Source: a virus
Reading direction: 5' to 3' (one strand)
Length of the DNA: 64,000 nucleotides
Virus record (IMG/VR): IMGVR_UViG_3300014834_000354
Coordinates: 37,254-101,253 of that record
The notes below the pieces were generated by a model. It searched no databases. It saw only the letters and a program-made list of their open reading frames with translations, and was not told the DNA's origin. The position numbers were made by a program, and so were the translations under genes. Numbering within the stretch: position 1 is the stretch's first letter; the number at the start of each line of letters is the position of its first letter. Of the stretch, positions 47,117 to 56,430 are shown piece by piece.

Positions 47117-47449
47117 TTAGAAATAACCTAGTGCTCTTCCCCATTTTGCAGCAGCTGCCATATTGCTTACACCTAAGTCATTACAAACTCGATCTGCCAT
47201 TTCATTTGCAACTTTCCGCAACTCTTTAAAAGCTTCTTTATCACCATTAACATAGGAGTGGCCGGCCCAATTCGCCAAATCAAAATCAGCCATAACCGGC
47301 ATTGTCATATCATCACCTGAGTTAAAGCGAGCAATTCTCCAAACGTACGCCGCAAAGCCATTATTTTTTGGTTTGGCAGTTCTAATTCCTTTACGACCCT
47401 TAACTGCTGCAAGAACTGAGTCATAATCAGGAGCAACATAGTTCGCCAT
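47117..47449 (-). CDS. hypothetical early protein
   Basis: GAGGTG RBS, own promoter. Confidence 0.75.
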   Translation of the reverse strand: MANYVAPDYDSVLAAVKGRKGIRTAKPKNNGFAAYVWRIARFNSGDDMTMPVMADFDLANWAGHSYVNGDKEAFKELRKVANEMADRVCNDLGVSNMAAAAKWGRALGYF

Positions 47450-47479
47450 GATTCACCTCTATTGTTTGTTGATAGAATC

Positions 47480-47509
47480 ATTATACCATAGGTCATATCA
47501 CGTGTAAAC
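47480..47509 (-). promoter_or_regulatory. early promoter GTTTACA-N17-TATAAT
   Basis: Exact consensus. Confidence 0.85.
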
Positions 47510-47559
47510 AGATTTACACAAAATTTTTGCGAATGATTCTGGCTGAAGCTATTCCACGA

Positions 47560-47856
47560 TTATTCTTCTGCAAGAATATCTAGAAAAATTTCCTCATACA
47601 GATCTAAAAGCTGTACGTTTGACATGCTATTGAGATCTTCTATGGAAATTGCTAGTTCCATCTGTACATCTGGCATCTCTATTAGAATTTCAGAGATTCT
47701 TCCAATGACTAAGTTGCGCATTGCTCTAATCCTGTCTTTGAGTGATATTAACAACAACAGAGGAAAAAAGAATAATCCAAAACAAACAAGCTTTACGGCT
47801 GCAAAAAATCTTTTAAACTTAAACTTTAAGTTCATATGGTTTATTCCATTTGCCAA
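47560..47856 (-). CDS. hypothetical protein with TM helix
   Basis: ORF; hydrophobic segment. Confidence 0.5.
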   Translation of the reverse strand: MANGINHMNLKFKFKRFFAAVKLVCFGLFFFPLLLLISLKDRIRAMRNLVIGRISEILIEMPDVQMELAISIEDLNSMSNVQLLDLYEEIFLDILAEE

Positions 47857-48250
47857 TTTTTATTTCAGCGTACCAGCCAATGTCATGATAGTCTGTTTGC
47901 AGATCACTGTTATCATGATTTCCGGCGTTCATTGCTTGATATACTTCAGTTAAAAAGTTTTCTGCCACGCCGGAGAAATGTTCGTCAATTCTGTATTGAT
48001 TCACATCAATATAATCGATTTTTTCAAAGTCTGGTACAGATTTGGCGCCATACCATTGTGCATGGAAGACTGCTTTCTTCTCATATGTTTCGCGGTAATT
48101 TTTCAAAAAATCGATTTTTCCGGATTTTACATTCAGCACCAAAGTGGAATAATTTCTAACGGCGATGGTTGCGGATACACCATACTTTTTGCATATTTCT
48201 TTGATCTGAACTGCAAGCTTAGCTTTGAGATCTTTAGAAACGTATGCCAT
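47819..48250 (-). CDS. hypothetical early protein (LPD29-like)
   Basis: MAYVSK...YGVSATIAVRNYSTLVL...DNSDLQTDYHDIGWY; own promoter. Confidence 0.7.
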   Translation of the reverse strand: MAYVSKDLKAKLAVQIKEICKKYGVSATIAVRNYSTLVLNVKSGKIDFLKNYRETYEKKAVFHAQWYGAKSVPDFEKIDYIDVNQYRIDEHFSGVAENFLTEVYQAMNAGNHDNSDLQTDYHDIGWYAEIKIGKWNKPYELKV

Positions 48251-48280
48251 CTTGGTTCCTTTGGTTTAGTAGATGTGATA

Positions 48281-48310
48281 ATTATATCAATACCGCTAAC
48301 GTTTGTAAAC
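48281..48310 (-). promoter_or_regulatory. early promoter GTTTACA-N17-TATAAT
   Basis: Exact consensus. Confidence 0.85.
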
Positions 48311-48553
48311 AGTTCTTTTTCGATCACTCATTTCTTACCCCATTTTCCTAATGGTAGCTCGCGCCCTTTCAAAAGATGCTTCATAATCGTCAAGCATCAT
48401 ATAAAATATTTTGTCTGAAGCGGCAGCTTTTTTGCCGCACATTCTTAAGTAATGAATGTGCGGCAACTAAGCTAGCTGTTACGTCCAGCAGAGCTTCACG
48501 TAGCTCATCAATTAGACTATCATTTGCTCCTAATTTATCGTCAGGCACGGTGT

Positions 48554-48745
48554 TCATGCCTCATCAGTTTTATTGGTCAATATGCTGATAATCGTGCCTG
48601 GGGCAACGCAAGCAGCCACATACAATGCGAAAGCCATCCACCAGGCAGACCAATCATATTGAGTTATTAAGAAGGCAGTGCCAGCAAATAATGCAAAGTC
48701 AAAGACCAGCATGAACATGTACATAATAACTGCGGCTGTTTTCAT
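48554..48745 (-). CDS. small two-TM membrane protein
   Basis: Hydrophobic segments. Confidence 0.6.
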   Translation of the reverse strand: MKTAAVIMYMFMLVFDFALFAGTAFLITQYDWSAWWMAFALYVAACVAPGTIISILTNKTDEA

Positions 48746-48763
48746 TGTTTCTTATAACCGTTA

Positions 48764-49045
48764 TCAGAATGGTGTATCAGTTTCAAAATCATAAATGTCT
48801 TCGTCATCATCATACCCTGATTCATATTCATGTTCATCATCGCCGTATTGCTCTTCACCGACAAAGTCTTCGAAAGTACCTGGCATAATTCCGTTGAGGA
48901 TAAATTCCCTCTCATCATCACTTAAATTTGGAAATGCTTTTTGGATCAATTGGCCTTTCCCATATGCCAACATTTGTTCCTCTGTAACAGGCAGATCTAG
49001 CGTATTTGTCTGGCCAGTGAAGATGCATGTCCTAGTGATAAGCAT
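48764..49045 (-). CDS. phage protein with acidic tail
   Basis: AGGAG RBS; LIQKAFPNLSDDEREFILNG. Confidence 0.75.
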   Translation of the reverse strand: MLITRTCIFTGQTNTLDLPVTEEQMLAYGKGQLIQKAFPNLSDDEREFILNGIMPGTFEDFVGEEQYGDDEHEYESGYDDDEDIYDFETDTPF

Positions 49046-49120
49046 TTAGCGCTCCTTAAATTAAGGTGGGAAACGATGAAGCTACTATCAATTATAACAA
49101 ATTTAATATATCACGTTAAT

Positions 49121-49450
49121 TTATTTTTTCTCAACAATCTTCTCTACTTCACGGTAGATGCCAATAATTGCTTGTCTGAAATCGCCAATAAGCACATCAT
49201 CCCTGAGCATAAGCGTCAGCATCTTTTGTGGGGTAGTTTGTGCCAACTCGTATTGTTTTGCGCCATCGAGAATGTCCACGTCCGTAGCACCGGGTTTTTT
49301 GGTTGTTCTTTCAGCAAGACGATAAGCTGCGGAATATCTGCCACGTCCTGTTGTAATATAGCTATGGCATGGTGAACAAAGATCGCCTACAAAATTTCCC
49401 TCATCTGTGTGATTTGGACAGTCTTTGACAATACACCTGATCCTATTCAT
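49121..49450 (-). CDS. hypothetical Cys/His-containing protein
   Basis: CIVKDCPNH...CSPC. Confidence 0.65.
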   Translation of the reverse strand: MNRIRCIVKDCPNHTDEGNFVGDLCSPCHSYITTGRGRYSAAYRLAERTTKKPGATDVDILDGAKQYELAQTTPQKMLTLMLRDDVLIGDFRQAIIGIYREVEKIVEKK

Positions 49451-49617
49451 TATGCTAATTTCCCTTTAACATTGTTCGTCAACTTTTCATATGAATAATA
49501 AACGGATGCATTCTTGTGGAGATCTAATTATAAACTGCGAATCCAAACAATGATCATAAAGATTACAAACATCATAACGTAAATCATTTATCACTCCTAA
49601 AATATATCATTAAAGGT

Positions 49618-49678
49618 ATTATACACTAAACGATAGCGTCTGTAAACAACTTTGTTCAATATAAACGTTATATTGAAC
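49618..49678 (-). promoter_or_regulatory. early promoter GTTTACA-N17-TATAAT with adjacent upstream stem-loop
   Basis: Consensus plus GTTCAATATAA / TTATATTGAAC inverted repeat. Confidence 0.8.
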
Positions 49679-49712
49679 GCTCATCTAGATAACTATGCTT
49701 CCCAATCATCTT

Positions 49713-50000
49713 TTATGATGTCGATTTCCTTTTAATATTGTTTGTCAACTTTCCATACTTAGCAAGGCTGGAGTAATCTATGCCTAACATCAAATTGATT
49801 AAATCTACTACTTCATGATCATTCAACAAATTAAATTTTCTGGATCCCGCTTCAATAACATGCATAGCAGTCAAATAATTTGTTTTTAAACACATTTCTC
49901 CAGTTTCTGCGCAGCTGACTTCAGCGAATATTTCATGTCCTTGTCCCCAGTCTGGGTTGCCAAATTCAATATTTGTGATTATTAAATTTTTACTGTTCAT
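49713..50000 (-). CDS. hypothetical protein
   Basis: Abuts the upstream stop. Confidence 0.6.
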   Translation of the reverse strand: MNSKNLIITNIEFGNPDWGQGHEIFAEVSCAETGEMCLKTNYLTAMHVIEAGSRKFNLLNDHEVVDLINLMLGIDYSSLAKYGKLTNNIKRKSTS

Positions 50001-50294
50001 TCACCATTCCCTTACGTCTCTGATAATAATTCTGCGTTCATTGCCAGGAACAAGCAATTCGCAAGAAGAATAGTATGGATCAAGCCATGGTCTAATTTCC
50101 TGTAAGCTGAAATTTTCATCTCGGCCATATTCATTCGCAATTTCTCGTGCCGCAGCTTCATCTTCAGCAGCTACGATCATTTCAACAGCTACTGTATATG
50201 GTGCTCGCCAAGGAGAAAATCCGCTTGAATTTACGGCACCAGGAATTGCCTGCAGTCTCCATAATTTCATTTTAACTTTTTGAATCATACTCAT
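50001..50294 (-). CDS. hypothetical protein
   Basis: GAGGA RBS. Confidence 0.65.
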   Translation of the reverse strand: MSMIQKVKMKLWRLQAIPGAVNSSGFSPWRAPYTVAVEMIVAAEDEAAAREIANEYGRDENFSLQEIRPWLDPYYSSCELLVPGNERRIIIRDVREW

Positions 50295-50403
50295 TTCCTC
50301 AATCGGCTATCTCCATTTATGCTACATGATTTTATTTTACACGTTAAAAGTTCAGCAGTACACTAAATTTCTTTAATGTACTGCCTTCTATTTTAGAATT
50401 AAA

Positions 50404-50976
50404 TTAGGCTGCGCGGGTCGTAGTGCGTGGCAGAATACGGTAGCCAACCTTTCGGTTGCAGTCAATATCGTATTTCTCATCTTTGCGCAGGACACACAGC
50501 ATCACTGAGATTGATCCTGCAGTAGTTCCGACAGCTTCAGCTAATGCTTCTTTTGAAACATACACATTGGCTTGTCCGGCTTTTTCCAGTTCTGAGACCA
50601 GAATATCATACCGCTCGCGTTTACGATTTTTCTTTGGCTCAGAATTAACTTTAACAGTTTTGGTAGTTGGCTTGTTGTCGTTAATTTCAGCAATTTGCGC
50701 TTGGGTGTTTTCAGTCATCGCATTTCCTTTCTTCGTATAAACAATGGGTTTAGCAGAGTAATTACGTTCAACGATTGGTCTTACTAAGTTTACAACTGTT
50801 TGCAATAAGGCATACTGTCCTTCAACTAATTCTGCCGCAGGCGGCAGGTTAAACAATTTTAATTGTGAATTGACGTAGTTCAGATCATCAAATTTTCTGT
50901 TACCAGAAAAATGACGCATAGCCAAAATGTATGAGTTAGTTGGAATTCCGAGCTCTTTCAATTCTTCAATATTCAT
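50404..50976 (-). CDS. protein with C-terminal winged-HTH-like domain
   Basis: VSKEALAEAVGTTAGSISVML..LRK...VGYRI. Confidence 0.6.
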   Translation of the reverse strand: MNIEELKELGIPTNSYILAMRHFSGNRKFDDLNYVNSQLKLFNLPPAAELVEGQYALLQTVVNLVRPIVERNYSAKPIVYTKKGNAMTENTQAQIAEINDNKPTTKTVKVNSEPKKNRKRERYDILVSELEKAGQANVYVSKEALAEAVGTTAGSISVMLCVLRKDEKYDIDCNRKVGYRILPRTTTRAA

Positions 50977-51029
50977 GCTTACTCCAGTTGATCAGTAAGT
51001 TTATTATAACATGTTTTAGTGACTTTGAA

Positions 51030-51266
51030 CTAATTATTTTTCATTGAATCGATGCCAGCTCGCCACCCGCGCTCAAATCCCTTATTGAATTCTTCACGCT
51101 TTTTGGCTTCGCCACGTCGAACTCCATTCTCAAATTCCTTCTGTTTTTCGTCCTCAATGAGATTCATCAGCTCGCCCAGGAGCTCCACAGAGATCTGAGA
51201 ATTCTGATTATGGGCTTGAAATACTTTGAGAAGATTGAGTTCCAGTTGAAGATTTTTGTTTTCCAT
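51030..51266 (-). CDS. hypothetical protein
   Basis: Downstream of an early promoter. Confidence 0.65.
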   Translation of the reverse strand: MENKNLQLELNLLKVFQAHNQNSQISVELLGELMNLIEDEKQKEFENGVRRGEAKKREEFNKGFERGWRAGIDSMKNN

Positions 51267-51295
51267 GACAGCTTTAGAAGATCATATGATTAGTA

Positions 51296-51325
51296 ATCAT
51301 ATCATAATTAACGCTGCGTGTAAAC
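51296..51325 (-). promoter_or_regulatory. early promoter GTTTACA-N17-TATGAT
   Basis: Consensus. Confidence 0.75.
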
Positions 51326-51543
51326 TACTTTCCTTCAAATGGTGTAATGCCGTATTCACGCTTTAGACTATCAAAAACATCCAGCGCGATTTTTGTCGCA
51401 GGAACAGAATCAAGCTGCGCAAGCTCTTCACATAAATTCAATTCAATAAGTCTTGTGAAAATAATAAGTTCTGGGATTCTTTTGGCTTCGGCGATCGCGA
51501 CCGCTCTTTCCCACGTGTTATAAATTCCATTCGTATCAAGCAT
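51325..51543 (-). CDS. hypothetical protein
   Basis: GGAG RBS. Confidence 0.6.
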   Translation of the reverse strand: MLDTNGIYNTWERAVAIAEAKRIPELIIFTRLIELNLCEELAQLDSVPATKIALDVFDSLKREYGITPFEGK

Positions 51544-51892
51544 CTTTTTTCTCCACTAGTGTTTGGCCGTCAAATGACATGTTAGGGTAAGCATTTCTCC
51601 AAACCTCCAACTCTGCTTTACACTCTGCAAGTTGGTCATCAATTGAACCAAATAAAAATAAAATTTTTGCGATCATTCTAACTGAATCCTTTTGACCGAT
51701 ATCAAACTGTTGCGCAGCTTTGTGGATTGCTTTCCAGTTTATGTAGTCGATTCTACTTCCATCATCGGAAAGTCTTACCAATTCAGTGTTTTGGCCCGTT
51801 GGCGCAGTTGGCGTTTGTTGAATCTGGTTAATTGTTTGATTTGACTGAATTGGCTCGATATACTCAATATCTTCAAATTCTTTGCTTCTCAT
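51536..51892 (-). CDS. hypothetical protein
   Basis: AGGGG RBS. Confidence 0.65.
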   Translation of the reverse strand: MRSKEFEDIEYIEPIQSNQTINQIQQTPTAPTGQNTELVRLSDDGSRIDYINWKAIHKAAQQFDIGQKDSVRMIAKILFLFGSIDDQLAECKAELEVWRNAYPNMSFDGQTLVEKKDA

Positions 51893-51994
51893 GATTTAAT
51901 CCCCTAATTATTGGAAATTACTTATTTTATTAAAATAATAAAAGTACGCTTTATTTATTTTTAATTAATAAGAAAATTTTTGATGTTAATTATA

Positions 51995-52177
51995 CTATTG
52001 AATAGATTTTAATGTCTTTGATAGCACAAATTGATCACACAACGATTTTGGTTCATCGTGCATAATTGAACACCCGTTTGTCTGCTGATATGTGCAGTCG
52101 CCGCAGGCTTCAGGATCATGCGGTAAGCTGTCCATGCTTGGAGCATTTCGCATGTCAATGAGAATACGTTCTAGCAT
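51995..52177 (-). CDS. small Cys-rich protein
   Basis: CGDC...C...C. Confidence 0.5.
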   Translation of the reverse strand: MLERILIDMRNAPSMDSLPHDPEACGDCTYQQTNGCSIMHDEPKSLCDQFVLSKTLKSIQ

Positions 52178-52199
52178 AATTTGTCATAACGTCGATAAG

Positions 52200-52430
52200 T
52201 TAATTTGATTTAATTCGCCTAAAAAATCTATATACTTCCATTTTTCCGGTCTTTCGATTTTTAACATACATTGGAAATCCAAACGTTTGGATTATTAAAA
52301 ATATTATTAAAAATACGAGAGATATCGCTGAATATATGATGAAAAATATGGTCAGCATCAGCGATAAAACCGATATCACTGATATTATTCCAAAAACTCC
52401 ACGGCTGATGCTGTCAAGAAATTCTATCAT
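52200..52430 (-). CDS. small membrane protein
   Basis: Long hydrophobic stretch. Confidence 0.55.
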   Translation of the reverse strand: MIEFLDSISRGVFGIISVISVLSLMLTIFFIIYSAISLVFLIIFLIIQTFGFPMYVKNRKTGKMEVYRFFRRIKSN

Positions 52431-52591
52431 ATATTCAGGGCTTATTTTTAAATTTTACAAAATCAACAATAACACAAATTATTCCACGAAATATTAAACA
52501 AACAGCGTTTGAGAGTATAAGGAAAAATGGAATCATAATTAAAATTAAAACAACTGCGGAAATACATTTGGCAATCAACATCAGATCCATG

Positions 52592-52792
52592 TTAAGCCCC
52601 TTTATTGTTTTTCCACTTTCCCTTGAAAACTAATTCAACATATTTGTGTGTATCAGGGTGAGCGTTTTCATCCAAAACTCGCTCACCTTTCATTGAGGCA
52701 TATTTATGTAAAAAATCTAACTGTTGTTTTAAAAATTCATTTTCAGCAGGTTCACCATTTAACTCTTCATAAAAGTGTGCGAAAGTTTTCAT
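52592..52792 (-). CDS. hypothetical protein
   Basis: N-terminus MKTFAHFYEE. Confidence 0.6.
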   Translation of the reverse strand: MKTFAHFYEELNGEPAENEFLKQQLDFLHKYASMKGERVLDENAHPDTHKYVELVFKGKWKNNKGA

Positions 52793-52803
52793 GATGACCC
52801 CAC

Positions 52804-53028
52804 TTACATATTTTGCAACACCTTTTTCGCGTCAGGGAAATCAAACATTTCCTTGGTGTCTTCATCAATAGCCTCAACAATCATCAAGTTGTAAAGTGTT
52901 TCACTTTCCTTCTTCATCGCTGGACTAAGAGAAGCTTGCCATTTTTTGACCTGGCTGTAGCTTTTGCATTCCCACATTTTGGTGAGGATGTATGCTTGCA
53001 CATCATTCTTAAGGCCTTCGATCTTCAT
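52804..53028 (-). CDS. hypothetical protein
   Basis: ATGA overlap, AGGA RBS. Confidence 0.7.
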   Translation of the reverse strand: MKIEGLKNDVQAYILTKMWECKSYSQVKKWQASLSPAMKKESETLYNLMIVEAIDEDTKEMFDFPDAKKVLQNM

Positions 53029-53209
53029 GCTAGTTCCTTTAGACGGTGTTTTGGTTGACGCTTGTATTGGTCTTTACGAGCTACTTGCTTTGGAGTAAAT
53101 GGGCCATCATGATCAAATAATACTACATGCTGCTTGGATCGAGCACGTTGAACTTTCCGAGACCGTTCCAACTTCATGATTAGGTGATCTGTTTCCATGA
53201 TTTCCTGCA
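53025..53209 (-). CDS. small basic protein
   Basis: Start trimmed to the MQEIM region (uncertain). Confidence 0.55.
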
Positions 53210-53247
53210 TTAGTGTTGTTTCGATAATTAGTATTATAACCAGTTTT

Positions 53248-53514
53248 TTAGTTTTGTACACTATTTTGTTGCCAAGAAATGATGCTTTCATGCTTAAAGC
53301 TGCGCCAGGCCCCAGCATCAATGTCCCATACGCGAGTAGTTGTCGGTGACACGGATTTAGGAGCGACTGTTTGGTCCGCTGGGAGTTCCGGAATGTGCTT
53401 CTTACTTAAAGTACAGTTCATGTCACGAACTGTACCATTCACTTTCACGAACTTAACGGTAACAACGTCCTCAGATAGAGCCTGCTTAAGAGCTACAATG
53501 TTGTCTTGATCCAT
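53248..53514 (-). CDS. WYL_2 / Sm-like SH3-barrel protein
   Basis: VTVKFVKVNGTVRDMNCTL...VWDIDAGAWRSF. Confidence 0.8.
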   Translation of the reverse strand: MDQDNIVALKQALSEDVVTVKFVKVNGTVRDMNCTLSKKHIPELPADQTVAPKSVSPTTTRVWDIDAGAWRSFKHESIISWQQNSVQN

Positions 53515-53579
53515 TAGTGATACCTTAAATGTTGTCTTGATCTATTTATGATACATTAAATGATTATGCGATACCTATA

Positions 53580-53610
53580 ATTATACACTATAGATTAGTG
53601 ACTTGTAAAC
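53580..53610 (-). promoter_or_regulatory. early promoter GTTTACA-N18-TATAAT
   Basis: Consensus with 18-nt spacer. Confidence 0.65.
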
Positions 53611-53622
53611 AGGTCTGTTTGA

Positions 53623-53922
53623 TTATTCTTGCTTTTCTATTACTTCCACGATTTTCATCTTCAGACTTTTCTCGTAATTGTCAAGTTGGGCCGAGGCTTC
53701 ATGAAATGAATTGTAGAAACCATGATATACACCAGTGCAGCTCTTTAATGCCCAGGCTATAACTTGTGCCTCATTCCCGCACTCACGCTCACAGCCTGGC
53801 CAAATGCAGTCTCCGCCAGACAACGCAGGGCAGTCACATTCAGCACGATGTTGATGGCTAGGACCAATTGCGTTATTCATCGTCCATTTCCTCTTTTTCA
53901 AGGTAGTTCCACATTTTAACAA
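53623..53922 (-). CDS. Cys-rich hypothetical protein
   Basis: ORF; true start probably at MNNAIG. Confidence 0.5.
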   Translation of the reverse strand: MLKCGTTLKKRKWTMNNAIGPSHQHRAECDCPALSGGDCIWPGCERECGNEAQVIAWALKSCTGVYHGFYNSFHEASAQLDNYEKSLKMKIVEVIEKQE

Positions 53923-54283
53923 GTTGGCTACCTAACTTCTTCAGCTTTGAGTTTCTTCCAACGATATCTTCAGCTCTGAGAGAATAAAACTTAAGATCTG
54001 CCCATTCTTTTCCAGTATCTGCGATGAGCACCAATTCATATCCCCATGGCACTTCATTCTGATTTTCGTGCTTGAATGCCGCGTATTCATAAATTGCAAC
54101 CGGTGGCGGTCTATCATTCGTGCGACAATAATCGGCATAACCGAAAAGCGCACTTGCATCACTGAGATTGGGCAACCAATAGATCGCTCGACTTTTGCTG
54201 TAAGTGTCCTTACTTTTACGCCAACCATTTTTGAGCAAAAAATCTTCAACTGGGCTTTGTTCATTGTCCATGATTGGTTTCAC
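53873..54283 (-). CDS. hypothetical protein
   Basis: Promoter-like motif at 54305-54332. Confidence 0.65.
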   Translation of the reverse strand: MKPIMDNEQSPVEDFLLKNGWRKSKDTYSKSRAIYWLPNLSDASALFGYADYCRTNDRPPPVAIYEYAAFKHENQNEVPWGYELVLIADTGKEWADLKFYSLRAEDIVGRNSKLKKLGSQLVKMWNYLEKEEMDDE

Positions 54284-54332
54284 CTATAGTAGAATAACTA
54301 GAAGATTATAACACAGATTCTGAAAATGTAAA

Positions 54333-54626
54333 TCAGTATGCATAATCATCTGGGTTATAAGAATTTTTGGCTTTAACTATCTCGGGATCTGGCTCCATGC
54401 TTTTTGTCAAATACCATTCCTCAAATTGGGGGATGGTATCAAGTTCTTTGCATTTTTGCTCACAATAGATCCACCAACGATGTACAAAGACCATTCTTTC
54501 TTCAGGTGTCAATTGATCTAATGGCTTAACCTTAACGCCAAAAATGGCGTCCCAGCCACTCCGATATGCTTCGCTATTTGATTTAGTGTGTATTGCGTCG
54601 CCAGTTATGTCATTTCTCGCTGTCAT
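54333..54626 (-). CDS. hypothetical protein
   Basis: MTARNDITGD...GWDAIF N-terminus. Confidence 0.7.
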   Translation of the reverse strand: MTARNDITGDAIHTKSNSEAYRSGWDAIFGVKVKPLDQLTPEERMVFVHRWWIYCEQKCKELDTIPQFEEWYLTKSMEPDPEIVKAKNSYNPDDYAY

Positions 54627-54846
54627 TTTTTAGTAAACTCCAAAATGCTTTGTTAACGAGTTCTTGTTGTTCTTCGGTTGTTCTTTCTCCGGCGCGGTGA
54701 GAATGGCTCCATTCAAAGATTGAAGACATCAGCCTACGCATGGCGTCATAATCAAGCGTTACTGCTCCATAAAGTTGAAGTTTATGGAGCACCTTTTCAT
54801 AGATCTCAACTTTTTCCTCAAGAGTCGGTGTTCTCATGATTTGCAA
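54610..54846 (-). CDS. hypothetical protein
   Basis: Overlapping operon ORF. Confidence 0.6.
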   Translation of the reverse strand: MQIMRTPTLEEKVEIYEKVLHKLQLYGAVTLDYDAMRRLMSSIFEWSHSHRAGERTTEEQQELVNKAFWSLLKNDSEK

Positions 54847-55064
54847 ACTTCTCGATGAACAGCTTCGAACAAATCCATGATTTTATCAAATTTCAACTGC
54901 TGAAGATGTTTCAGCCCAAGAAGGACATTTGCTAATTCGGCTGTATTGACTGTATGGTCATTTCGTGTTAGGCTGTCAGCTAACAGCTGTAAATCGTCAG
55001 TAATGCCCCAAGCGGCCATAATTGCTTGTTCAAGCTCGAAACTGACGTTAACTTTATTGCTCAT
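54834..55064 (-). CDS. hypothetical protein
   Basis: AGGAG RBS; FELEQAIMAAWGITDDL. Confidence 0.7.
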   Translation of the reverse strand: MSNKVNVSFELEQAIMAAWGITDDLQLLADSLTRNDHTVNTAELANVLLGLKHLQQLKFDKIMDLFEAVHREVCKS

Positions 55065-55075
55065 TTTAAAATCTC

Positions 55076-55543
55076 CTAAATAGTAGACAGATGTAATGCA
55101 GTACCTTGTTTCAATTCTTCTGCGGCTCTCAGGCTCTCGTATGACAGTCCATCTTCTGTACTATAATACACATCCTTAATTCCGAAATCTTTAATTGCTT
55201 GCATACATGCTCGGCATGGGCGGCTCATGGCCAACTTGCCAAGTTTATTTTCTCGGTAAACGTAAATCTTGGCACCAGTTAGATCTTTGCCCGCCGTAGA
55301 AGACGCCTTGATGAGAGCATCAATTTCGGCGTGAATTGGGTGATTAGAGAATTCAGAAAACTTAGGACGATTTTGATTATACTTCTTTTGGAGTGGATGT
55401 GATTTAAAAGCGCTATTGCAACCTACTCCAACAATACTTTTTCCGTAAGAAACAACTGCTCCGATGAAGTACTGAGCATTGTCTGAAGTCTTTGATATTG
55501 CGCGAGCTACTTCAAAGGCCCGCAAATCTTTAGAAGTCAACAT
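55076..55543 (-). CDS. Zn-dependent cytidine/dCMP deaminase family protein
   Basis: HAE and SRPCRAC motifs. Confidence 0.88.
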   Translation of the reverse strand: MLTSKDLRAFEVARAISKTSDNAQYFIGAVVSYGKSIVGVGCNSAFKSHPLQKKYNQNRPKFSEFSNHPIHAEIDALIKASSTAGKDLTGAKIYVYRENKLGKLAMSRPCRACMQAIKDFGIKDVYYSTEDGLSYESLRAAEELKQGTALHLSTI

Positions 55544-55748
55544 GATGTTTTTTGGCGTAAACTTTTGAAGTAGCTATGGCTTCTTTAGCTAACAGCTCAG
55601 CAAACTTGTATTCAAAATATTTCCGGTGTAAGCTCTTACGAAATCCCGGAGTTTTTTCCACATAGTCCTCGACACACTCGTCGGCATGCTGAGTTGCGAT
55701 CGCTCTCAGATTAGATAGTAGTCGTGGGGTGTATTTTACTCCGGCCAT
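55530..55748 (-). CDS. hypothetical protein, divergent FAEL family member
   Basis: KFAELLAKEA; GGAG RBS. Confidence 0.6.
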   Translation of the reverse strand: MAGVKYTPRLLSNLRAIATQHADECVEDYVEKTPGFRKSLHRKYFEYKFAELLAKEAIATSKVYAKKHHVDF

Positions 55749-55777
55749 TTTGAATTACTCCATAGAATCATGAAATA

Positions 55778-55807
55778 ATTTTACACTAATTGTCATGGAT
55801 TGTAAAC
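55778..55807 (-). promoter_or_regulatory. early promoter GTTTACA-N17-TAAAAT
   Basis: Consensus. Confidence 0.75.
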
Positions 55808-55818
55808 AACTTTATGCC

Positions 55819-56430
55819 TCAGCGTAACAAAGTCTTGATGACTTCAACTGCTGCTTCGGCATTATTGCCCGGAACAATCAGCTGCCATTCGAGCATATTT
55901 TTCCATTTGTGTTCTTCGACAACAGTAGCCTTGATTCTTGACATGAACTTCATGATCATATTTTTCTGCACGTCTTCCGCCACATGATTAGCTCTCATCG
56001 TCGTGATATCATCAAGCAGCCGTGAAGCCAATCTTGAATCCCTAAGTTTTTCATCAGCCTCAACGAAAACTGGCACCACCTGAAAACCTAATTCGTGTTG
56101 AACGTGCTGGAAGTGAATCACGCCATTCGGTTCTAACACCATGCCAAGAGGCCGGCCATATGACATAGCTCGTTTAAATTCCTGTTTACTCGTACCATAG
56201 AATGTATCATTAAATGAAATACTTTCAACTAGCTCGCCAGCAGCTTCCATCTCCTTGTATTCTTCTACAGACACGAAATAATATTCAATTCCGTGAGACT
56301 CGCCAGCACGTGGTTTACGAGTAGTTAAAGAAATAACTGGAGTAACTAAATCCCTCATTACGAGTTCATTTAATAGATATGTTTTTCCTGAGGCGCTTGG
56401 CCCAGTCAGCGTGATAAAAAGATTGGACAT
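55819..56430 (-). CDS. gmk: guanylate kinase-like protein
   Basis: GPSASGKT, TTRKPRAGE.HGIEYYFV and YGT. Confidence 0.88.
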   Translation of the reverse strand: MSNLFITLTGPSASGKTYLLNELVMRDLVTPVISLTTRKPRAGESHGIEYYFVSVEEYKEMEAAGELVESISFNDTFYGTSKQEFKRAMSYGRPLGMVLEPNGVIHFQHVQHELGFQVVPVFVEADEKLRDSRLASRLLDDITTMRANHVAEDVQKNMIMKFMSRIKATVVEEHKWKNMLEWQLIVPGNNAEAAVEVIKTLLR

